From the NCBI GenBank assembly GCA_050261575.1, contig JBLNDL010000056.1, forward strand, positions 1-58,594: a DNA stretch of 58,594 nucleotides, given 5' to 3'. The notes below the pieces were generated by a model. The model was not told the origin of the DNA, made no database searches, and worked only from the letters and a program-made list of their open reading frames with translations. Positions 9,817-18,362 of this stretch are shown here, in pieces (the first letter of the stretch is position 1; each line of letters begins with the position of its first letter). A program made the translations under genes and the position numbers. This DNA comes from Sphingomonadaceae bacterium. Its GTDB lineage: Bacteria; Chloroflexota; UBA6077.

Positions 9817-10293
9817 CTAGAGGCCGAGATTCCGCAGGAAGACTATGGATGAGGCGGGCAACTGAACGTCCAGCCAGGTCTTGAACAGGTAGTAGGTCCC
9901 GAAGCTGCTTACCAGGGAGATCACGATGGTCACGAGGAGGTTCTGCCGACCCAGCGCCATCAAGAGAAAGAGCATGAAGGCCAGGATAGTCAACTGAAAG
10001 CCCAGCGTATCCATCAATGCGCAGAGCACCGCCATTGCCGCCACGATGGAGACGAGTCTCAGGGCTCCAGCTCGGTCGGGCAAGAAGCCCGCGGGAAAGG
10101 GGTCTGCTGGTCGAAGAGAGACCTGGGCGAGCCAGCCGATGGCCAGCCCTCCGAGGACGAGCCCCATCCAGATTGGGAAGAAGCCGGGGCCGGGGCCGAG
10201 GGGCGTCATGTAGTCCCAGGTGCGGGCCTCCCACACTACGTAGAGCGCCATGGCGAGGAAGACCAGGCTTGCAACTTGGTAGATGCGTCGCAT
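9817..10293 (-). CDS. tctB: Tripartite tricarboxylate transporter small permease
   Basis: GPGPGFFP motif, 4-5 TM helices, C-terminal LDVQLP; adjacent to tctA. Confidence 0.88.
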   Translation of the reverse strand: MRRIYQVASLVFLAMALYVVWEARTWDYMTPLGPGPGFFPIWMGLVLGGLAIGWLAQVSLRPADPFPAGFLPDRAGALRLVSIVAAMAVLCALMDTLGFQLTILAFMLFLLMALGRQNLLVTIVISLVSSFGTYYLFKTWLDVQLPASSIVFLRNLGL

Positions 10294-10376
10294 GGAATAA
10301 CCCTCCGGTCAGAATGGGCCACCGCACTGCCAGCCCCTTTTGACTGGCTGGCGAGCGCGCACGGCGGTCGTGGCGG

Positions 10377-11141
10377 TCAGAAGCGACAGTACCTCCCGGA
10401 GATGGCCTGTGCAGCTTGCCGAACTTCGAGAGAGAGTTGTTCGATTCGCTCGTCGGTTATCGTGTTGATTGGCCCGATGACGGCCACGGCAGCGAGGGTC
10501 GATCCGTCTGGGCCGACCACCGGGGCTGAGACGGAGACTACGCCCATCGTTCTCTCGTTGCGGGAGACAGCGAAACCCTGATGCCGTACCTTCTGCAACT
10601 CGGCCAGGAGGGCATCTCGGGTAAGGATTTGGCCGGTGGCGAGCCGCATTTCTCCTAGCCCATCCAACATCTGCTGCAGTTGCTCGGGTGACATCGCTGC
10701 AGCCAGTACCTTTCCTGCTCCTACGTGGAGGGGAAGCCGCTGCCCGATTGGCATGACGTACCTGAGAGGTTGCAGGCCCTCGACTCGTTGGACCACCACT
10801 CGATGAAAGCCCAGTCTGACGAATAGGGAGACAGTTGCGCCCGATGCCGCGGCCAACTCTTGCAGGACGGGCAGCGCCGCCCTACTGAGGTTGTTGCCTA
10901 GCAGGAAGGCATGGGCCATAGGCACCACCCCAACCCCAATCTGGTAGCGCCCCTGTACCTTCTCGACGAGGCCGCGCCTCACTAGCACGCTCAACAACCG
11001 CAGCGCGGTGGCCCTCGGCAGATTCACTGCACGCCCCAATTCGCTTACTCCCATAGGGTGGGGAACCGTCTCCAAAACGTACAGCAGGTCGATGGCGCGG
11101 TCGACGGAGCGGATGGACTGGACAGAGTCATCGGGAGGCAT
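10377..11141 (-). CDS. IclR family transcriptional regulator
   Basis: SVDRAIDLL HTH, GQRLPLHVGAGKVL, GFAVSRNERTMGVVSVSAPV. Start ATG 11141 chosen from the AGGTG RBS and the alignment with the paralog at 26124. Confidence 0.9.
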   Translation of the reverse strand: MPPDDSVQSIRSVDRAIDLLYVLETVPHPMGVSELGRAVNLPRATALRLLSVLVRRGLVEKVQGRYQIGVGVVPMAHAFLLGNNLSRAALPVLQELAAASGATVSLFVRLGFHRVVVQRVEGLQPLRYVMPIGQRLPLHVGAGKVLAAAMSPEQLQQMLDGLGEMRLATGQILTRDALLAELQKVRHQGFAVSRNERTMGVVSVSAPVVGPDGSTLAAVAVIGPINTITDERIEQLSLEVRQAAQAISGRYCRF

Positions 11142-11203
11142 GCGTTCACCTGATGAAACAATGTTGTGCATGGTGAGCATACCACTGCTCTCAAGATGGT
11201 CAA
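11142..11203 (-). promoter_or_regulatory. IclR-operon promoter and candidate operator
   Basis: TTGACC-16 bp-(TGg)TATGCT, then imperfect palindrome GTTTCATCAGGTGAAC overlapping the RBS; conserved upstream of the second IclR. Confidence 0.65.
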
Positions 11204-11331
11204 TCGGTTTTGTTCATTGTGTTCATCAAGATCGCCCGGAGGGGCCGGAAGGCTGGGGCCAGAGCGTTCGCGAGAACGGTAACCAGGCGATGCGAGGTGC
11301 CACCCAGGTCCTCGCCCAGGATTGCCGGTGC

Positions 11332-11464
11332 CGCCATCCAGGACGTGGCGGTGGCGAACCTGGTGTACCGGAAGGCGCTGGCCGCCGGAGTGGGAACCGA
11401 GGTGGATCTGCTCGCGTAGGGATGAGCGAAGTGAGGGCGAAGCATCCGCGCGGATGCTTCGCCC
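11332..11464 (+). repeat. Direct repeat copy 2: orphan ocd 3' fragment (AIQDVAVANLVYRKALAAGVGTEVDLLA*) plus hairpin
   Basis: 102 bp identical to 3582-3683; hairpin GGGCGAAGCATCCG-CG-CGGATGCTTCGCCC carries a compensatory change relative to copy 1. Confidence 0.95.
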
Positions 11465-11572
11465 GCAAGCTCCATGCGCACGCCGTGGGGGCGGGGCGAC
11501 TCGCCCCCATATTGTCTGAATACCCAGCCGAGCGCTCATCGAGCAGAACAGAGAGCCATAACCCTCGCTTGC

Positions 11573-11600
11573 TTGACAACCTCAACACTGGTGCTATGAT
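11573..11600 (+). promoter_or_regulatory. Putative sigma70 promoter upstream of the LIV operon
   Basis: TTGACA-16 bp-(TGc)TATGAT. Confidence 0.6.
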
Positions 11601-12179
11601 CGTGCCTGTCGAGGCGGCCAGACATCCGAGGCCCGAGTGCCCCGCAGGTGTACGATGTGCCGCGTCCCGTCACTGTTGCTCGGCCTGGCACCGCCCGTCG
11701 AAGCGCGGACACGGCCGTCCGCGTTTCAGCCTGCCAGGCCCCGGCGCCTGATGGGGAACCGCTCAGTATCCCCGAGCCACCGCCTAGTTCTCAATTGACA
11801 GCTTCCGACGGGCGCTCTGTGCGCTCCACGAGTGTGGTTGCGCTCTCGAGCTTAGCCGTTGGAACGCTGGCGAAGTCCCGTGCTAGACGGGAGCGGGACC
11901 GGCCTTCTCGGCAAATGGTGGCTGCAGTCGATTCCCCCAATACAGTTGGGGGCTGGCCGAGGCGAGCCTCGGGTATTGCCCGCTCAGGTTTCGCTCCGGT
12001 AACCCGGGTGGCTCGGCTGGAGCGGCGGAAAGGGGGTGGTGTTGCGCAAGTAGGGGAGGCACCTTCGGCTCTCCCAGCAGGCGTTGAAGGCATCGTCAGG
12101 CAACCGAATGCGAGCCCCTTTCATTAATCGTGGTCGCGTGGCGCTCCTGCCACCAAAGAGGGATGGGAGGACCCAAATC

Positions 12180-13484
12180 ATGGTGGATCCCACGTCTAGA
12201 GACCCGCTAGAGCGAGTTCTGACACGCCGACAAGTGTTGCGCGGACTGGTCGTCTCCGCGGCCGGCCTGGCGGCCGCGGCTTGCGCACCCGCTTCTTCCC
12301 CGGCGCCCGCTGCTCCGACCAAGGCCCCGGCCGCCTCCGGCTCTGCACCGACGCCGGCCTCAGCCGCCCCGACCTCTGCCCCCGCCGCCTCCTCGTCCAA
12401 GCCCCTTCCGGACGAGATCAAGATTGGATATCTCTACCCCGCCACGGGTGCCATCGCACCGGGTGGCATCATGAGCTACCGGGCCCTGCAACTCGCGATG
12501 GAAGCCAAGGACAAGGTGCTGGGCAAGCCCGTCAAGGTGGTCGTGGTGGACAACAAGAGCGACAAGTCGGAGGGAGCCCTGGGGGCGTCGCGACTGATCG
12601 ACCAGGAGAAGGTCGTGGCCATCCTTGGCCCGCTGTCCAGCTCGGTGACCATCGCTGCGGCCGAGGTGGCGGAGAAGGCCAAGATTCCGCTGCTCTCGCC
12701 CACGGCCACCAATCCGCTGGTGACCCAGGGGCGGAAGTACGTCTTCCGAGCTTCTTTCGTCGATCCCTTCGCGGCCGAGGTCTCGGCCGATTACGCGGTG
12801 AACAAGCTGGGCGCCAAGACCTGCGCCATCCTGGTAGACATCCAGCAGGACTACTGCGTCGGACTCTCTCAGTTCTTCCGCAACTCGTTCAAGAAGGCCA
12901 CGAAAAACGAAAACAGCATCCTGTCTGTCCTCTCCTGCCAGACCGGCGACAAGGACTTCCGGGCGCAGCTCACCACGATCAAGAACCTCAACCCCGATGT
13001 TGTCTACGCGCCCAACTACTACACCGAGGGCGCGTTGATGCTCCGTCAGGCCCTCGAGCTGGGGATGATCCCGAAGATCAAGTTCCTCGGTTCCGACGCA
13101 TGGAACTCGCCCGAGTTCGTGGATCTCGCCAGCCCTGCGGGCTGCGAGGGCGCACTCTACTTCACGCACTATCACGTCGACGCTTTCAAGAGCCCCGAAG
13201 CTGTCAAGTTCGGGGAGGAGTTCACCAAGCGCTTCGGCCTTGCCCCGAACCACGATGCGGCCCTGGGCTACGACGCCTATATGCTGATGCTGGACGCAAT
13301 CGAGCGGGCCAAGTCGGTCGACGGCGACGCCATCTGCAAGGCGCTTGAGGAGACCAAGGACTTCCAGGCCGTGGCCAGCAAGATCACGATGACTCCAGAC
13401 CATAACCCCATCAAACCCGTCGTCGTGAACGAGTATCGCGATGGCAAGGACACATTCAAAGAGCTGTACGAGGCGAAAATGTAG
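12180..13484 (+). CDS. livK: Branched-chain amino acid-type ABC transporter substrate-binding protein, Tat-type lipoprotein
   Basis: TRRQVL twin-arginine motif plus AAAAC lipobox; IKIGYLYPATG, DNKSD, TATNPLVT, DFRAQLT; GGGAGG RBS. Confidence 0.88.
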   Translation: MVDPTSRDPLERVLTRRQVLRGLVVSAAGLAAAACAPASSPAPAAPTKAPAASGSAPTPASAAPTSAPAASSSKPLPDEIKIGYLYPATGAIAPGGIMSYRALQLAMEAKDKVLGKPVKVVVVDNKSDKSEGALGASRLIDQEKVVAILGPLSSSVTIAAAEVAEKAKIPLLSPTATNPLVTQGRKYVFRASFVDPFAAEVSADYAVNKLGAKTCAILVDIQQDYCVGLSQFFRNSFKKATKNENSILSVLSCQTGDKDFRAQLTTIKNLNPDVVYAPNYYTEGALMLRQALELGMIPKIKFLGSDAWNSPEFVDLASPAGCEGALYFTHYHVDAFKSPEAVKFGEEFTKRFGLAPNHDAALGYDAYMLMLDAIERAKSVDGDAICKALEETKDFQAVASKITMTPDHNPIKPVVVNEYRDGKDTFKELYEAKM

Positions 13485-13564
13485 TCGGTAGGGAGGGGGG
13501 GAAGAGAGATCTTCCCCCCCGACTCTGCCCCGGCTTCCGCGAGAGGCTTTCACCCCACCGACCG

Positions 13565-13632
13565 AGCAGGTATCTCTAGTTCGTATCGACTTCTCTGGCG
13601 GAAAACGCGTGCTCTATCTGGAGATGCCTGCT
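13565..13632. repeat. 68-bp MITE-like element, copy A
   Basis: Terminal inverted repeats AGCAGGTATCTCTAG...CTGGAGATGCCTGCT; aligns end to end with the reverse complement of 32011-32078. Confidence 0.75.
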
Positions 13633-13710
13633 TTGCTGGCAATCCTGGCCAGAATCACGCGCTCTCTCCTTCTCTGGAGCTGATAGAGGGGAGAAGAAAA
13701 GGACCCACAC

Positions 13711-14604
13711 ATGCCTCTGGACGCCTTCCTTCAGTACCTGGCCCAGGGCGTCTCCCTGGGTAGTACGTATGCCGCGATTGCAGTGGGCTACACCATCATC
13801 TATGGGGTGCTCGGGCTGATAAACATGGCCCATGGGGACTTCTTCATGGCTGCGGCCTTCCTCGCCATGTGGGCCAACACCCGGTACAACGTGCCCCTGG
13901 AGCTTTCTTTGATCCTCGGAGCGGTGTCCGTCGTCATAGGTGGCGTGCTGGTGGAGAGGGTGGCCTACCGGCCGCTGAGGGAGGTGAAGATCTCTGCCTT
14001 CACCTCCACTGTGGCGGTCTCCATGGTCATCGAGACCTCCTTCGTGCTGTTCTTCACCCCGCGGCCCCAACCCTTCCCCCGGCCCGAGCCACTCACCAGA
14101 GTCCTGCAGGTCGGGAATGTCTTCATTCCCGCAACGGTCTTCGCCGTTATCGCTGTAGCCGCCGTCCTCTTCGTGGTCCTGATGCTGATCGTGAACAGGA
14201 CCAAGATGGGTCGAGCTATGCGAGCCCTCTCCAAAGACATGGAGACGACCGAGTTGATGGGCGCCAACGTCGGCCACATCATGTCGTTCTCCTTTGCCTT
14301 GAGCACAGCCTTTGCGGCTGCGGCTGGCTTCATGTTCTGTAACATCTACCCGTCTATCGACCCCTTCGGCGGAGTGACGCCGGGGCTGAAGGGGTTCATC
14401 GGCGCGGTGGTCGGCGGGATCGGTTCGATCCCCGGGGCACTCATCGGAGGGTTCTTCCTGGGTCTCGCGGAGATCATGCTGGTGGCCTTCTTGCCGGCCA
14501 TGAGCGGCTTCCGGGATGCTTTCGCCTACGCCATACTGATCGCCTTCCTCCTCTTCCGCCCAGGGGGGCTGTTCAACGTCCGAGTGCGAGAGGAGAAGGT
14601 GTGA
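13711..14604 (+). CDS. livH: Branched-chain amino acid ABC transporter permease
   Basis: GYTIIYGVLGLINMAHG, ERVAYRPLR, RTKMGRAMRA, GAVVGGIGSIPGA. Confidence 0.92.
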   Translation: MPLDAFLQYLAQGVSLGSTYAAIAVGYTIIYGVLGLINMAHGDFFMAAAFLAMWANTRYNVPLELSLILGAVSVVIGGVLVERVAYRPLREVKISAFTSTVAVSMVIETSFVLFFTPRPQPFPRPEPLTRVLQVGNVFIPATVFAVIAVAAVLFVVLMLIVNRTKMGRAMRALSKDMETTELMGANVGHIMSFSFALSTAFAAAAGFMFCNIYPSIDPFGGVTPGLKGFIGAVVGGIGSIPGALIGGFFLGLAEIMLVAFLPAMSGFRDAFAYAILIAFLLFRPGGLFNVRVREEKV

Positions 14605-14605
14605 C

Positions 14606-15682
14606 ATGAAGCCACGGTTCAGCAGTAATACCCTCCTGACCGTCGCCGCTGCGGCTGTGGTCCTGCTCCTGTCGTGGTACCTCGATGGAAATGCGGGCGC
14701 CTATCCCGTGAAGATCCTCAAGCTATGGGGCATCAACGCCATCCTGGCCGCATCTTTCATCCTGATCTACGGCTACACGGGACAGTTCTCGTTGGGCCAC
14801 GCGGGCCTGGCAGCCGTGGGGGCCTACGTGTTCTCCCTGTGCACCCTGACCCCGGCCCAGAAGCAGATGATGTTCATCTTGGAGCCTCCCATCTGGCCCA
14901 TCAGCGTCCTGCACCTGCCATTCCTGCCCACCCTGCTCCTGGCGGGCCTGATCACCGCCATCGTGGGCTTCTGCATCGGCGCGCCGGCCCTGCGGCTGCA
15001 CGGTGACTATCTGCTGATCGCCACCTTCGGCTTCTCGGAGATAATCCGCCTGGCCTTCTCCAACATGCCGAGCGTGGTCAACGGGGCCATGGGGCTGAAG
15101 GGGATCCCAACCAACTCGACCCTGCCCATGGTGTGGGCAGTCGTTATCGTGACCCTCTTCTGCATAGTGCGACTGATACGCAGCAGCTACGGCCGGGCTC
15201 TCAAGTCGATCCGCGACGACGAGATTGCGGCCGAGGCCCTGGGCGTGGGGCTGTTCTACCACAAGGTGATGGCTTTCGTCGTCTCCTCCTTCTTCGTCGG
15301 GGTAGCTGGCGGCCTGTATGCCGAGTTCCTGATGAGCGTGGACCCAAGGGCGTTTACTTCCCTCTTCACCTACGGCATCATCACCATGGTCGTGCTGGGC
15401 GGCACGGGCAGCATCACGGGCGGCGTCATCGCTGCCGGCATCTACACCGTGATGAGCGAGGTGTTGCGGGCGGTCGAAGACCCGATGGTGATCATGGGTT
15501 TCGAGAAGCCGGGCACGCCCGGGGCGCGGCTCATGATCTTCAGCCTCATGCTGCTCTTCCTGATCCTCTTCTACCGACGAGGGCTGATGGGCTCCAGCGA
15601 GTTCTCTTGGGACGCTCTGCGTTCCCGAGTCGGACGCCTCTTTGGGCAGAGGAGCCCGCAGGCCCGGAGGCAGATCCAATGA
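14606..15682 (+). CDS. livM: Branched-chain amino acid ABC transporter permease
   Basis: GYTGQFSLGHAG, LRLHGDYL, GRALKSIRDDEIAAEALG. Confidence 0.92.
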   Translation: MKPRFSSNTLLTVAAAAVVLLLSWYLDGNAGAYPVKILKLWGINAILAASFILIYGYTGQFSLGHAGLAAVGAYVFSLCTLTPAQKQMMFILEPPIWPISVLHLPFLPTLLLAGLITAIVGFCIGAPALRLHGDYLLIATFGFSEIIRLAFSNMPSVVNGAMGLKGIPTNSTLPMVWAVVIVTLFCIVRLIRSSYGRALKSIRDDEIAAEALGVGLFYHKVMAFVVSSFFVGVAGGLYAEFLMSVDPRAFTSLFTYGIITMVVLGGTGSITGGVIAAGIYTVMSEVLRAVEDPMVIMGFEKPGTPGARLMIFSLMLLFLILFYRRGLMGSSEFSWDALRSRVGRLFGQRSPQARRQIQ

Positions 15683-16455
15683 ACACCATCCTCGATATCC
15701 AGGACCTCACCATACGCTTTGGTGGGCTTACCGCCGTCTCCGGCTTGAGCTTCGGCCTGGAGACGGGGGAGATAGTGGGATTGATCGGCCCCAACGGTTC
15801 CGGCAAGACTACCGTCTTCAACATGATAAGCGGGTTCTACACCCCGACGTCGGGGAGCATTCGCTTCGAGGGCAAGGTGATCAATGGGCTGCGGCCCGAT
15901 CAGATCACCGCGCTGGGGATAGCCCGAATCTTCCAGGCCAATCGGCTGTTCCGGGAGCAGTCGGTCCTGGATAACGTGCTGATCGCCCACCACCTGCGGC
16001 TCAAGTCCAACCCCGTCAGCGCCATTCTCCGGCTGCCAAGCTACACGAAGCAGATCGACGAGGCCTACAGCAAGTCGATGTGGCTCTTGGAGAACCTAGG
16101 TCTGGCCAGCTTCGCGCACGAGAAGGCCGGCAGCCTGCCCCACGGCATGCAGCGCAAGCTGGAGGTGGCTCGGGCCCTGGCCACGGAGCCCAGGCTGCTG
16201 CTGCTGGACGAGCCGGCCGCGGGCCTGAGCCACGAAGAAGTCACCGACATGATGGATTTCGTCCTCACCATCCGCAAGGAGTACAACCTCACCGTGCTGT
16301 TGGTGGAGCACCACATGCGGGTGGTTATGACCATTTGCCCCCGGATTGTCGTCCTCAACCACGGGCAGATGATCGCCCATGGCTCCCCCGACCAGATCGC
16401 AAACGATCCGGTCGTGATAAAAGCCTATCTGGGGGAGAGTCGCGACGATGCTTAA
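15679..16455 (+). CDS. livG: Branched-chain amino acid ABC transporter ATPase
   Basis: GPNGSGKTT Walker A, LLLLDEPAAG, VEHHM. ATGA overlap with livM; true start at 15679. Confidence 0.93.
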   Translation: MNTILDIQDLTIRFGGLTAVSGLSFGLETGEIVGLIGPNGSGKTTVFNMISGFYTPTSGSIRFEGKVINGLRPDQITALGIARIFQANRLFREQSVLDNVLIAHHLRLKSNPVSAILRLPSYTKQIDEAYSKSMWLLENLGLASFAHEKAGSLPHGMQRKLEVARALATEPRLLLLDEPAAGLSHEEVTDMMDFVLTIRKEYNLTVLLVEHHMRVVMTICPRIVVLNHGQMIAHGSPDQIANDPVVIKAYLGESRDDA

Positions 16456-17155
16456 GATAGAGAAGCTTCACGTACGCTACGGTGGGGTGCATGCCCTGAA
16501 GGGTATCTCCCTGGAGGTCCCGGAGGGCAAGATCGTGTCCCTCCTGGGGGCGAACGGCGCCGGTAAGAGTTCGACGCTGCGGACCATCGCGGGTTTGGTG
16601 AAACCCGTCGAGGGGAGGGTGATCTTCGATGGCGGAGACATCACCGGCATGCAGGCTTCGGCCCGGGTCAGGGCCGGCATAGCCATGGTGCCTGAGGGCC
16701 GGCATGCCTTCACCAATCTGACGGTGCTGGATAATCTGCTGATGGGGGCCTACGCGCGCAGGGATGAGGCGGGTGTCAAGCGCGACATGGAGCGTGTGTT
16801 CACCCTCTTCCCCAGGCTACGCGACAGGCGCACTCAGAGGGCGGGAACCCTCTCCGGCGGCGAGCAGCAGATGCTGGTGGTTGGCCGGGCCCTGATGTCT
16901 GCTCCAAGGCTGCTGTTGATGGATGAACCCTCGTTGGGGCTGGCACCCAACCTCGTGGCGGAGCTGTTCGATACCATCGACCAGATCCACCTCGAGGGCA
17001 TCACCATCCTGCTGGTTGAGCAGAACGCCAGGGCCGCCCTGCGCATCGCCGATCATGGCTACGTCATGGAGTTGGGTGAGATCGTCCTGCAGGGATCCGG
17101 GGCGGAGTTGCTGCGCGATGATCGCGTGCGCAAGGCCTACCTGGGCGTAGAGTAG
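16448..17155 (+). CDS. livF: Branched-chain amino acid ABC transporter ATPase
   Basis: GANGAGKS, LSGGEQQM, MDEPSLGLAP, VRKAYLG. Confidence 0.95.
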   Translation: MLKIEKLHVRYGGVHALKGISLEVPEGKIVSLLGANGAGKSSTLRTIAGLVKPVEGRVIFDGGDITGMQASARVRAGIAMVPEGRHAFTNLTVLDNLLMGAYARRDEAGVKRDMERVFTLFPRLRDRRTQRAGTLSGGEQQMLVVGRALMSAPRLLLMDEPSLGLAPNLVAELFDTIDQIHLEGITILLVEQNARAALRIADHGYVMELGEIVLQGSGAELLRDDRVRKAYLGVE

Positions 17156-17188
17156 CGCCCCATCTGGCAGTATGCAGGAGGACGACCG

Positions 17189-18334
17189 ATGAAAGGGTTT
17201 GCCAAAGGCCCCGTGGCCATGCGCCACTCGGGCATTCGGGAGATCATGAATCTCACAGCGGGCGTGCCCGATGTGATCCACATGGAGGTGGGTCAGCCGG
17301 ATTTCCCTACCCCCGAGCACGTCGTTGCCGCTGCTGCCCAAGCCGGCCGCGACGGCTACACTCGCTACACGCCCAGCGCCGGGTTCCTGTCGCTGCGTGA
17401 GCTGGTGGCGGCTAAGCTGCAGCGCGTCAACCACTTCACCGTCTCCCCTGAGAACATCAATGTGACCGCGGGCGGCGTCAATGCCATTGCGCTCACCCTG
17501 CGGGCACTGGTCGAGGCCGGGGACGAGGTGCTGCTGCCGGACCCGGCATGGCCAAACTACGAGATGATGATGTCGGTCATCGGCTGCGTGCCGGTGCGCT
17601 ATCCCCTGGACCCGAGCACCGGCTTCCTGCCGGATTTCGCGGCCATGGAGAAGCTGGTGACCTCGCGTACCAAGGTGGTGCTCATGAACACGCCCACCAA
17701 TCCCACGGGAACCGTCTTCCCCAAGCAGGTCGTGCAGGACATGGTGCGCTTCGTGGAGAGGCACGACCTGTGGCTGCTCTCCGACGAGGCATACGACGAG
17801 ATCGTGTACGAGGGTGAGCACTTCAGCGCGGCCCCGTTCAACCCCGAGCGGGTAGCCAGCGTCTATACCCTCTCCAAGACCTACGCCATGTGCGGGTGGC
17901 GCGTGGGCTACGTGGCTGCCCCCCGGGAGCTATCCGAACTAATCAACAAGCTGATCGAGCCGGATGTCTCCTCGGCTTCTTCCATCTCCCAGAAGGCCGC
18001 GGAGGCCGCGCTGGCAGGGCCCCAGGATTGCGTGCGTGCCATGTGCGACTCCTATCGCGAGCGGCGCGACATGGCCATGCAAATCCTGGCCACTCACGAC
18101 CTGCTCATCTCAAAGCCGCAGGGGGCGTTCTACATCCTGGTGGACATCACCCGGTCCGGCCTCGACTCCTACACCTTTGCCGAGAGGCTGGCCGTCGAGC
18201 ACAAGGTGGCCGTGGCCCCGGGTGCAACCTTTGGGCCGGCGGGCGAGAAGTGGGTACGCGTGTCCCTGTGCACGGAGCGGAGTGCCCTGACGGAAGGGCT
18301 CAGACGCCTCTGCGAGGTGTTGTGCGATGGTTGA
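17189..18334 (+). CDS. Class I/II PLP-dependent aminotransferase (aspartate aminotransferase-like)
   Basis: GQPDF, NTPTNPTG, SDEAY, SKTYAMCGWRVG, PQGAFY. Confidence 0.92.
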   Translation: MKGFAKGPVAMRHSGIREIMNLTAGVPDVIHMEVGQPDFPTPEHVVAAAAQAGRDGYTRYTPSAGFLSLRELVAAKLQRVNHFTVSPENINVTAGGVNAIALTLRALVEAGDEVLLPDPAWPNYEMMMSVIGCVPVRYPLDPSTGFLPDFAAMEKLVTSRTKVVLMNTPTNPTGTVFPKQVVQDMVRFVERHDLWLLSDEAYDEIVYEGEHFSAAPFNPERVASVYTLSKTYAMCGWRVGYVAAPRELSELINKLIEPDVSSASSISQKAAEAALAGPQDCVRAMCDSYRERRDMAMQILATHDLLISKPQGAFYILVDITRSGLDSYTFAERLAVEHKVAVAPGATFGPAGEKWVRVSLCTERSALTEGLRRLCEVLCDG

Positions 18335-18362
18335 CGGCCGGGTCGCCGACCGAAGATCGGAG

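Larger units (their letters stand above)
3582..11464. mobile_element. Putative integrase-less catabolic island inserted at the ocd 3' end
   Basis: A self-contained 7-gene minus-strand operon is flanked by direct repeats of the ocd 3' end (attL/attR-like geometry). No recombinase ORF lies inside. Confidence 0.55.

Noticed and set aside
11210..11419. 69-aa ORF ending in the ocd C-terminus
   Set aside because: Only the last 28 codons are ocd-derived (the direct repeat). The upstream part is non-homologous and has no RBS, so it is not a real gene.
12050..12078. Minus-strand GGAGAGCCGAAGGTGC resembling a glycine riboswitch
   Set aside because: It is on the wrong strand for livK, lacks P2 and a correctly placed CTCTCAGG, and is better explained as a GTAG-type REP hairpin.
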